A stretch of DNA of 64,000 nt from Octopus sinensis (taxonomy: Eukaryota). Position 1 is the first letter of the stretch. Every line of letters begins with the position of its first letter. The position numbers and the translations under genes were made by a program. Where the stretch lies: positions 82,336,001 through 82,400,000 of the forward strand of contig NC_042997.1 of assembly GCF_006345805.1 (NCBI RefSeq), read 5' to 3'. This document shows, one piece after another, positions 13,058 through 23,060 of the stretch. The notes below the pieces were generated by a model. The model was given only the letters and a program-made list of their open reading frames with translations, had not been told where the DNA came from and did no database searches.

Positions 13058-13743
13058 TCTATTAATGTATCTAAGTTTGACAAACTAAACGAATATATTT
13101 TTTGTTTGTTTGTTTTCTGTCTCTGATATAAAAATATCTTCACTATGACTATGTGTAACTTGACTAACTGGAGAGATAAAGTGATTTTCTCCTCCCACAA
13201 CGACTTTGAACCTAAAATCAACCAATTAACAACTATCGCGGAGTTTCAGATTAGGACACCCACATAAGTTGGCAAGGTTTTCCCAGTGTTTTTCTTTCTT
13301 TCTTTCTTCTCTTTGCTTTTCTTTTTTTCTTTACCGCCACCTTGAAAATGATGGTAAGGCATCTTTTAATGAAATAAAATTTTCGAATATTTATGATTTT
13401 TTAAAAAACTCTGAACTGATTTGGGCCAATTTGTTTTGCACTAAGCACTTAAAAACCACGGGGGAGGGATGAAAATCTTTGTCAATCTGACATGTATTAG
13501 TGTTTTTCAATATTTTTGTCCCCATAAATACATTTTACGGAATGATGATGCGGAAGTAACACACAGGTGGTCCATTGCTGGGATGGATCTAGTTTTTTCC
13601 ATCGCAAAATATGCTTTTTATAGAAGACATTAAAAAGTCTGAAAATTGGCTATAATTATTATATTCCAGTTTCATTGCTCTGAAAGTATAATGTGGAGAA
13701 AAAAGTTACAGAGGTTTAAAAATCGACAAAAAAAAGAACTTGA

Positions 13744-16319
13744 AGTCTCTGACCGCAATATAGTGCGTTCATGTAAAAAGAATCCCAAAAGGGGTGCGGT
13801 CTATGATCTTTACCTCCGCCAATTTTTTTTTTTTTTTTGCATATTCGTAATCTCCGACATCCAAAATGTAGAAATCCGAAAAAAGTTTTTCAAAAAAGTG
13901 CATTTTTCAAGGAGAGGGGTGATTCTGCATTAGCCCCCAAATTTTTTCAGATTCTTGTTTTCAATATCGGAGATTACGATTTAGAAAAAAAAATTTTTTT
14001 AATTTCATTTACCCCCACCTACCCAATTTATTAGCATTGTTTACAGTTGACAAGACATGTTGTCACGCATAAAATGACAGTTTCCAAATCCTGCTTCCTG
14101 ATTGGGTGAAAATTATCAAACTTTGAGAGAGCCAAACCGAAGATCAACTCATAATTTCCGTATTTTCCTACATATTTCGCCCAAAAAATATTTCTAAAAT
14201 AAGTGAAAAATGAAATTGGGCAGGGGGGGGGGGTTAAATTTTGAAATTTTTTATTTGGTAATTCGTATTAAAATTTTGAAAACGTGTTTCTCGCATGTTA
14301 GATTTTCTTTTTGCGTCTACTATTTTATAATTCTACGTATACCTCAAACATTAGTAGAGAAAACATTTTAATTTCACTTCTAGCCATAGGACGGAGGGAA
14401 ATGGGTGTTTATTTATTTTTTTGAAAAATTGAAATTTTAGAATTTTTTTTTTTTTTTCAGAATCATAATCTCTGTATTTTTCTACGCATTTCACCAAAAC
14501 AGATTTTTTGAAAAAGTGAAAATTTAAGAAATGGGGGAGGGGGAGATTTAACTTTTGAAATGCAGACTTTTTTTTTTTGCAGATTCGGAATCTCCGCCAT
14601 CGATATAGTGTGTTCCTGTAACAACATAAAAAAAGAAGTCCCAAAGGGGGTGGGGTCCCGATTTTTACCTCCCCCCGATCTCTTTAAAGTAAACATAATC
14701 AAAAATTTAAATTGGTGGGGGATTTAAAAAAATATTTTTGGCGGAGGTAAAGATCATGGGATTTGGGGGGGATGTTTTTACATGAACACACTATCTCGTG
14801 GGCAGAGATTCCGAATCTGCATTTCAAAATTTAACCACCACCCCGCCATAAATTTCTTACATTTTTTGCAGATTTGGAATCTCTGTCCGCAATATAGTGC
14901 GTTCGTGTAAAAATAAAAAGAAAGTTTGGGGGAAAAAATGGCCATTTTAATTTCATATGAATACTTTATCATATTACTGCGGGAAATTTCTCTGAAAGAA
15001 ATTTTTTACGGAATCTTATGTTTTTGGTTATAGAGGATCCGATTCTGAAAAAGAAATTTTCAAAAAATCGCATTTTCAAAATTTCAATAACTCCTCCCCC
15101 CTCCTTATTTTGCACTTTTCCCAGAATTTTTTTTTTTTTCGCGAAATACGTAAAAAAAAATAAAAGATTACGATTTCGAAAAAAAACTGGTTTGAAAAAT
15201 TTCAATTTTTCAAAAAAAGAATATATATATATATATCATCAGGCCTTTTACTAGAATGCATACAGAAACAAAAAAAACAACCGTTTATTTTCACATTTAA
15301 GATAGCTGGGGGAATTGGGGGTTGGAGTTTTTCATAAAAAATTTTAATTTAAAATTTGTGTTTATTTTTTCCATATTCTTAATCTCCGTATTTTCCACGT
15401 AGATTGATGGGGAAAAAATTCGAAAAAAAGTTTTTTAAAACGTTTAAAAAAGTAAGTTTGGGGGAAAAAATGGCCATTTTAATTTCATATGAATACTTTA
15501 TCATATTACTGCGGGAAATTTCTCTGAAAGAAATCTTTGCAGAAAGGTGAGTAGACTGATTGCCTTATGTTATCGCAGTTTTGTGAGATTTGGCTGTTAT
15601 TTCTAGCATGTGGATAGCCTGGTTGAAGGCCTGATGGTATTTATTCTTTTATTTGTTTCAGTCATTTGACTGCGGCCGTGCCGGAGCACCGCCTTTAGTA
15701 GCGGGCTTGCCAGGATATATATATATTGAAAAATTGAAATTTTACAAATATATTCAGAATCGTAATCTTCATAGTTTTCTATGGTTTTCGCAAAAAAAAA
15801 ATTTCTGGGAAAAGTGAAAAATAAGAAGGTGGTAATGGGGGAGGGGAATTATAATTTTGAAAATGTGATTTTTTGAAAGTTTTTTTTCGGAATCGGATCC
15901 TCCATAACCAAAAATGTGGGAATCCGTAAAAAAAAAAAAGACCAATAAATATCCATTTTACCGGAAGTTATGACCGAAAAATCGGATCTTGTGAATTTTC
16001 CGAAAGTCCCCCCCCCCCCGGTCGTCAGCGCGCATCTTTTTTTCATATTCGTTTTCTACATACTTGGTAACACCCCGCCCCAGGCTGGTAATTTTTTTTT
16101 TCCCCCGGGTGAGGATCTTTATATTGACCTACTTTTCTACGTATTTCGCCAAAAGAATTTTTTTTTTAAATAGTGAATAATGACGAAATTGGGGTGGGAG
16201 GAATTTAAATTTTGAATTTTTTTTTTGCAGATTCGGAATCTCCGCAATCGAAAAAGTGCGTTTCTGCAGGAAAAAAAAAAACGAATGGCGGGTGCGGTCC
16301 ATGTCCTTTACTTCCGCCC
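13744..16319. repeat. Patchwork of dispersed ~80-120 bp modules in both orientations between the scramblase genes
   Basis: Module GCAGATTCGGAATCTC...TAGTGCGTTC...GATCTTTACCTCCGCC occurs at ~13744(+), 14578(+), 14739-14821(-), 14867(+) and 16226(+). A second module forms an inverted pair at 15022-15140 and 15790-15915. An exact 81-bp direct repeat lies at 14922-15002 and 15454-15534. Confidence 0.75.
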
Positions 16320-17388
16320 AATATGTATATCTAACAAAATTTGTGGAGTATGATATAAGATAGTTGTGACTGCCAGTTTATTTTTTAGTTACATACTGTT
16401 TGTTTCGTCGCCTATACTTTGGTGGAATAACTACTATATTGAATCGAACAGTACTGTGCGCAGTTACATATTTCATACTTTAACTTCCTCTTGTTTGAAT
16501 CCTATTCTGGTTTATGCTTGTATTTTCTTTTGAGTTTACGAGCCTTTTTTTTATTTCTGCTTAATTAGCTTTACTTTTCCTAATTTTGACAAAGAAAAAG
16601 TCGGTCGAAAAAAAGTTCAGTCAAACTCCAGTGTTCAACCCGAGCAAAAAAAAAATGGTGCAAAACAACATGTTTCGCCAGCGCGCATTTATTTTTTCAT
16701 ATTCGTTTACTACTTGTTTTATACCTATTGCATTTTTTTGTCTTTTGCTCGGATCAAACTCTAGAGTTTGACCAGAAGTTCATATGTAAAAACAATTTTA
16801 AATTTAAAAACAGTATTACGACTTTAATTTAATCAAACCAATTTAAAACAGAGATGAATAAATTTTACATGCAGAAAAAAGAAAAAGAGATGAAACTATT
16901 TTTACAATAGAAAAGGACTGAAGTGCTAGTTTAAGAATAAATAAAATAGTAAAATCCAGGATTTGATGAGGGCCAGCATCGGTAAAAAAAATTGTTAACA
17001 TAAGACAGTTTATGTCTGTATGTTTATACTTTCGCACATCTCACAGTAGCCAAACATACTGACAATGATTACAAACTCTTTGTAAATAAAATTATCTTGA
17101 CATGTACCAAGCTCACGATTAGTTACAATACCAAGAATAAATTCAATGCGTATAAACATTGTAAATAGTAAATTAGGGTTTTAAAGTGCTCCTTGAAAAA
17201 ATGTTACTTTCAGAAATTTTGGCATAATATATATATATATGAATAGTCGCGTGAAAAATTAGGAAATGGATGTTAAAAATAGCACGTATATAAACATAAT
17301 ATTCACTTAAAAGAACACCTTTAGCGTAATACGTACGTGTTAAAAAAATATTGAGAGAGAGAGATAAATTCCATCAGTATGAATGTCC

Positions 17389-18420
17389 TTAATCATGATC
17401 TTTCTTGTTCTTATTTTCGAAGAACATGAAATCTATTAGAAAAACTGCACCCATCATTGTTGCTTTCATTTTGACATCTAGATCCATTGGAAATGTAACT
17501 CCAAAATTGTCTGCGGCTGTTACCATTTCATGGACAAACCCAGAATACTGTTTACTGATCGTTCCTATATGATTCGATTCATCATGATCGTAAACTTTAA
17601 ATTTTTGATCTTGCATACAGCAAGGGCCATCGCAAATACAGACGGGTCCTTTGATTCGAAAAACAACATCATCATCGGGTGTGGTAATGTCGAACAGGGG
17701 TTGTAAGAAGCTACAAGTCTGTTTTACTTTGCCAACTACTTGACCGACAGGAGCTTCTACTGTTACTTCTAAAGCACAACCTTCGCAACAAGCGCACCAA
17801 CAACATCCAGCGCAGCACTTGAATTCTCTAGTTATTCTCATAATTTCTTGTGCCATATTATCGGATATGTGCATCACAAAACCTCGTGCACTGCCGCAGC
17901 ATTGACGCATGCATAAACTAGACTCTTCGCCAGCAAAATATACTTGTTGTCCAACTGAATTGACTATAATATATTTGTTAGCACATTCGAAACCACTTAC
18001 TACTTCTAGAAGTTCTACTTGCTGCTTCACCAAAATTTGGTCAATCATTGTCAAGTATTCTAAACCAGGTGGACAATTACTAACTGTCGGCCTGGTCATC
18101 CACTGTTGCGACCCTTGAGCTCCCGGTTGTGGTCCATATCCTCCGGGTTGGGGTGCATAACCGCCGGGTGGTGGTGCGTAACCGCCCGGTGGTGGTGCGT
18201 AACCGCCCGGTGGTGGTGCGTAACCGCCCGGTGGAGGAGCGTAGCCGCCCTGTGGAGGTGCGTAACCGCCGGGTGGCGGTGCGTAGCCAACTGGCGGTGG
18301 TTGTCCGTATCCTGATGGAGGAGGTCCATACCCAGGCGGTGGTGGTCCGTATCCGGGCGGAGGTTGCTCGTTGTCTTTTGAATCTGATGCCGCAGGTTGT
18401 GTTGTTACTGGTGAAGACAT
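17389..18420 (-). CDS. PLSCR: Phospholipid scramblase, copy 2 (343 aa from the ATG at 18420, CDS without introns)
   Basis: Intact ORF MSSPVTTQP..., with (PPPGGYA)n repeats, CCAGCCWCACC and AADNFGVTFPMDLDVKMKATMMGAVFLIDFMFFE. The ORF-track start at 18447 is a TTG; the ATG at 18420 aligns with the MSTPVTTQP start of copy 1. Confidence 0.96.
   Translation of the reverse strand: MSSPVTTQPAASDSKDNEQPPPGYGPPPPGYGPPPSGYGQPPPVGYAPPPGGYAPPQGGYAPPPGGYAPPPGGYAPPPGGYAPPPGGYAPQPGGYGPQPGAQGSQQWMTRPTVSNCPPGLEYLTMIDQILVKQQVELLEVVSGFECANKYIIVNSVGQQVYFAGEESSLCMRQCCGSARGFVMHISDNMAQEIMRITREFKCCAGCCWCACCEGCALEVTVEAPVGQVVGKVKQTCSFLQPLFDITTPDDDVVFRIKGPVCICDGPCCMQDQKFKVYDHDESNHIGTISKQYSGFVHEMVTAADNFGVTFPMDLDVKMKATMMGAVFLIDFMFFENKNKKDHD
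18120..18360 (-). repeat. Coding 21-bp tandem repeat encoding PPPGGYA heptads in scramblase copy 2
   Basis: The + strand unit GCGTAACCGCCCGGTGGTGGT is repeated with variants. Confidence 0.9.
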
Positions 18421-18666
18421 TTTCTTTTTTTTTTTGCAAGTAATCAAGATTGATAACTGAATTGAGATTTCCGTTAGTTGATACTTGATATCAGCATAGA
18501 TTATATAAATGAATTTATAAAAGTTGTGATTATGCGATCCAAAATGCTGAATTAAATAAACACCAGTAGCTACGTGTGGCTTCTAGGCAACTAAAAATGG
18601 CGATCTCCTCTTAGAACTGTCTCTATCTCTTTCCCTCGAACCACCAGTTCTTGAACGGGAAGCTTT

Positions 18667-18711
18667 GACTGACTACTGGTTCTAATATTGCACTGTATAT
18701 TTATGACGTCA
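18667..18711 (-). promoter_or_regulatory. Candidate core promoter of scramblase copy 2: CRE palindrome, TATA-like box and Inr
   Basis: TGACGTCA at 18704-18711 is immediately followed on the minus strand by ATAAATATA. TCAGTC (Inr-like, A at 18670) lies about 33 nt downstream of the first A of that box. Motif match only. Confidence 0.5.
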
Positions 18712-19410
18712 CATAACATACGAAAGTACTTCTAACCCCCCAATCATACTATATAACTAGAGAGAATATCGTAACACTGAAATATCTCGCACACTAACAA
18801 GAATAAACAAAGAAACATCATATTTAATTACAACCGAAAAATAATAAAACACTCACATTAAAAGTCACTTTTAATTAGGTATTATTGTATAAACTTATAC
18901 AATAATACCTAATTATACTATATAATATTAATAATATATACAATAATACCTAATCCTAATTATATTATAAACTTAATAGTATAACCGCAGTTTCCCCCAT
19001 CCCCTCCACCCCCACCTCCGAATTCGTATGCTGTAACAATAAATTCATATATCTTTCTACATAATGCATATTCCTAAAATTTCACTGATGTGCATACGGA
19101 ATTGCTGATGACGGTTTTATCGGCGAAAATTTCCATTAAAAAGAAAAATATTCAGAAAGTTAAGAGGATTTTAAGTCAGTGTGTAGGTGTGGATGGGAGA
19201 GCATTAAACTAGCTATGCCATAATCGCGATCATGTAAGGGATCAGGTTTCGATCTCTGGCGGTAATCATTAGTGAGAAACCATTCTTTTTCAATATGTAT
19301 CTATTTTCAAGGACAGTTTACTTTCGAAATAATACTGTTGATGATCTTTCTGATAGATACATTCCATTATTTACATTTGACGGAAATGTGTCCTTAACTT
19401 GTCTGTTGTC

Positions 19411-19456
19411 AACACAACTTTTCGGCTGATATATCCTCCAGTCTTCATCAGGTGTC
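19411..19456 (-). ncRNA. Degenerate minimal hammerhead-like motif
   Basis: GACAC CUGAUGA A GACUG GAGGAUAUAU CAGCC GAAA AGU U GUGUU. It has one stem II mismatch and a broken stem III palindrome relative to the 20319 copy. Confidence 0.5.
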
Positions 19457-19509
19457 TTGGGGAAATTTCGAACCTAAGGTATTTTTCGATGTTGTTGTTG
19501 TTGTTGTTG

Positions 19510-19540
<31 letters not shown>

Positions 19541-19541
<1 letters not shown>

Positions 19542-20094
19542 GAGTGAGAGAGCAGTGCATGCCATCAAAGTGACACTGGGGTAAAATATACGAAGCCCAG
19601 TATACCCATCATGACTACCCGTCTGATAAGGGTACACTAGGCACATGCATCACAGCCATATGTGCGCGACATGGTGATCTCATATCAAAATAAATAGCAC
19701 ATGACCTTGCAGGTGGGGCCCAGTTAGAATTTTCTTCAGGTCGAGTAACCCATCCCACTCGAAAGGTCCCTGAATAAGGGTTGTTTAAGGATGTTGAACG
19801 AAACACCCATGTTTCCAGAGGTGAATTATTCAAACCCCAAAGAATCCCTCTCAACACATGGCTATGATGCTCCCCCACTACTTCTGCTCGTGATCAGAGA
19901 TGCACATATCGTCAGCCACTAAGGGACATGCTCAACTGGTTAAAGTCAAACAACTGACAAGCAAATCTGTGGTATTGAGCAGAATATTTGCTGTAGCCCA
20001 TCTTTTATACCAAGACAAAACAATGTACATGATAACACTTCCAATCAGTTAAGATCAGAAGCCATGAGAGCCACTGCCTGGTACTGCATCAGAT
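19541..20094 (-). mobile_element. Unclassified retroposed insertion ending in an (AAT)n tail
   Basis: A ~550-bp mixed-composition segment splits the (TTA)n tract of the left SINE copy. Its minus-strand 3' end ...CTCTCTCACTC runs into AATAATAAT. No ORF was recognised. Confidence 0.5.
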
Positions 20095-20171
20095 CATTAT
20101 TGTTCAGGTCACTGCTTGGAATCGAACTCGGGATCTTAGGGTTAGTAGCCCGCGCTCTTAACCACTACGGT

Positions 20172-20445
20172 TAGTGGTTAAGAGCATGGGCTACTAACCC
20201 CAAGATTCCGAGTTCAATTCCAAGCAGTGACCTGAATAATAATAATAGTAATAGTAATAATAATAATAACATCGAAAAATACCTTAGGAATGAGAACCCA
20301 GGTTCGAAATTACCCCAAGACACCTGATGAAGGCTGGAGAGTATATCAGCCGAAACGTTGTGTTAACAACAAACAAGATGAGGACAAATATCCATCAAAT
20401 GTAAATAATCTACATAATTCCTCATCTCTTAAATATAAAACTGTA
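20172..20445 (+). mobile_element. tRNA-headed SINE-like element with PLE-type hammerhead tail (right copy)
   Basis: A-box-like TAGTGGTTAAG, B-box-like GAGTTCAATTCC, an (AAT)n spacer, then the hammerhead-containing tail. Confidence 0.8.
20319..20364 (+). ncRNA. Minimal type I hammerhead ribozyme-like motif (PLE type)
   Basis: GACAC [stem I] CUGAUGA A GGCUG-GAGAGUAUAU-CAGCC [stem II] GAAA CGU U GUGUU [stem I']. The loop-less palindromic stem III (ACGU) is as in dimer-forming PLE hammerheads. Folded by eye; activity untested. Confidence 0.7.
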
Positions 20446-20646
20446 TTAGATACATTCCATATTATATATATAAGTGGTACGTTGGTTTTACTTTTCTCCA
20501 AGATTTCTATATTTCGTGTCTTTTTCTTTTGTATCCAAATAGATTATACCCAAAGTTGAGTTGCCACATCATTTCCAGTGAACAAAAAAAAAAAGAAATC
20601 ACTGACATACTTAAATATACACATATTGTGTATGTATGTATATGTA

Positions 20647-21534
20647 CAAGGAAGTACCCAAAAGTAACCATAAATGTTCCGTGTGGGACAAGCCCATTAT
20701 AGATCAGGCTTCTACCACTAGAAGTCACTTTATACGACCCTCAGGCATCAGTCTGCTGACTGGCATCATGCAGTGTGGTTGTACTGTCATATGGCGTGTC
20801 TTTGCTTTGCAGTGCTTCTCCTGTGTTCGTCGATTTTTGCGATGGCAGAAATGAAGTAGCAGCATGCTTCTGTGAAATTCTGTTCTCTGCTGTGGAAAAC
20901 AGCAGTTGAAACAGTTGTCATGCTTCAAACAGGTTACAAGGATGCTGCCATGAACAAAACACAAGTGTACAAGTGCTTTTCACATTTTAGGAATGGTCAC
21001 TTGACGCTTGAAGACCAACCTTGTTCAAGGCAGCTGTCAACCTCCCAAACAAATGAAAACATCACGAAAATTTATAAACTGATCTTGGAGAGCTATCATT
21101 GACAACTGACAAACTTGTTGATATGACTGGTGTGTCCTGGAGCTCCTGCCAACAAATTTTGAATGAGGAATTACGAATGAAAAGAGTTGCAGCAAAATTT
21201 GTGCCTCAGTTGCTCATGGAAGATCAAATGTATGTCGTGAACTGAACGAACAGTTGGAAGTTGATCCAGACCTTTTTTCGAAGGTCATCGTTGGTGACAA
21301 AAGCTAGTGCTAAAGATTTTTCAGATGTGGAAGAGGTGAAGAAAAAAAATGATAGAGGTGTTAAAAGGCATCACTTTACAAGAGTTCCAGCACTGCTTCA
21401 AATAGTGGAAAATATCAGAACTGACGCACTGCTTCAAATGGAGAATACTTTGAAGGCGATAAAAAGGTAAACATGTAAAACTAAGTGAATAAAATAATAT
21501 TTCAAAATTCCAGTTTCTTTTGGGTATCTCTTTG
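20647..21534 (+). mobile_element. Mariner transposon relic, internally deleted
   Basis: TA-flanked TIRs (CAAGGAAGTACCCAAAAGTAACC versus the reverse complement CAAAGAGATACCCAAAAGAAAC). Peptide remnants VKFC..L.KTAVETVVMLQT...LEDQPCSRQLST, KRVAAKFVPQLL, KVIVGD and a C-terminal NGEYFEGD are present. The catalytic core is mostly missing. Confidence 0.85.
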
Positions 21535-22314
21535 TATATATATATATATATATATATATAACACAGTATATGTGAGTGTACTAATATTTATGCGGATGTG
21601 AGTGTGTGTGTTAGTGTTAGACACTGCTGCCTGTACTGATTTGTCTATAAGCCATGCGATGACAGACATGCACTCTGCATTTCAGTGAAAGTGTGGCGAT
21701 GTGTAGGGGTGTATTCATGTGTGTGTGAGTTTCTGTGTGGACGTGTGGGTTTAGGGTTAGATGTGGATGTGTATGTTTTGCTTGTGCGATGTGGTAGAGG
21801 TCAGGCAGCTCTCAATGGACCAACCATGAGGAAGATAATGATAATTTTAAATTCAAATCCAATAGTGTATTTATGTCATAAGGAAAATTACTAACTGGAA
21901 CCCGGACATACTTATGTGCCAATCTGGATCCTAATGTAAGCGTTATTAATAATATTATGAATGATAATAATGGTAACATTAATTGTATTGACAACGATAA
22001 TGATGCTAACTTCAATGACACTTTAGAAATTAGTATGAAGTAATATAATGTACTATTGCCTATGTATATTTGCATCTAGGTACTAATATGTGTATGTTTA
22101 TTATCACAATATTAAGTCGAAAAACTGAGACATTGAATGTGGAACATATATGTGTTTACTAATTTATATTATTTATTTATATCATTATGTATATGTATAT
22201 TTTTATATGTATAGGAGTGTGAGTATATGCACTCATATGTATATGTATATGTTGTATTATGGGTATGTACCCACACCCATGTGGATATATATGTAGACTG
22301 ATTTATATTACATA

Positions 22315-22441
22315 ATCTCCGAAGGGGCCTTATGATATTTTTGTAAATGTCTCATTTATATCTATATATTGACCTACCATAAAAGGCTAATATTGGTAAA
22401 ATGAGACATACTTATCTACATGGCCGAAACAGCTGTAAGAT
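22315..22441 (+). ncRNA. Hammerhead-like motif with a large loop II insertion, inside a PLE terminal-repeat-like segment
   Basis: AUCU CCGAAGG GGCC [~92 nt loop containing a UGUCUCAUUU/AAAUGAGACA stem] GGCC GAAA CAGCUG U A AGAU. Stem I is AUCU/AGAU and stem III is the palindrome ACAGCUGU. The core differs from consensus at positions 4 and 9. Confidence 0.45.
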
Positions 22442-22859
22442 GTAATCTATACTTATATTTATATTTACTTATATTTATATTCTCTTTTATATATATTCTA
22501 CTTATTATACATCATTACTCTTTTATGTACACTTTTTTATGTACACTACTGTATGTACACTCATTTGTTCTGCTTTTTATATGTAACCCTACAGTCTTTT
22601 ATGTGGTGGTTTAATAAAGTATGTGATTGAGTATTATCGTGTAATTGGTATTTGATTTAGATGTATTTCTCCATTTTCTTATCTTGTATTAGTAATTTGT
22701 GGTAAATCATTTTACCTTTGCCCATATAATACAGTAAATGAATTGATTGCATCGCAATCATTAACATTTATGTATTAACTTTGTTGGGTACTTCACTAGC
22801 AGTATATTGGATATATGTTATCCCATGGAGGGTTACATTTACAACCCCTATCTCAATTT

Positions 22860-22868
22860 GTATGTATG

Positions 22869-22910
<42 letters not shown>

Positions 22911-23060
22911 GTATATATATTATATATGTACATATATATATATTGTACATATATATGTGTACATATATATATATGTATATATATATGTACATATATATAT
23001 ATGTGCATATATGCATATATATATATGTACACATTTATATAGTACATATATATATGTACA
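22860..23060. repeat. Compound (TA)/(TACA) microsatellite
   Basis: Visible dinucleotide run; source of spurious IYIY ORFs. Confidence 0.95.

Larger units (their letters stand above)
19362..20167 (-). mobile_element. tRNA-headed SINE-like element with PLE-type hammerhead tail (left copy), interrupted by a ~550-bp insertion in its (AAT)n tract
   Basis: The minus strand reads TAGTGGTTAAGAG...GAGTTCGATTCC head, then (AAT)n / insertion / (AAT)(AAC)n, then CATCGAAAAATACCTTAGG...CCCCAAGACACCTGATGAAGACTGG...CAGCCGAAAAGTTGTGTT. This is collinear with the + copy at 20172-20445. Confidence 0.8.

Noticed and set aside
18080-18443. Alternative-frame and antisense ORFs over the scramblase repeats (and 12350-12911, 17909-18118)
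   Set aside because: Shadows of the real CDS and its GC-rich 21-bp repeat.
18421-18447. N-terminal extension MITCKKKKK on scramblase copy 2
   Set aside because: The track start is TTG and the extension comes from a poly-A run. The ATG at 18420 aligns with the copy 1 start.
21748-21760. Interstitial telomeric repeat (TTAGGG)
   Set aside because: Only about two units within a GT-rich tract; expected by chance.
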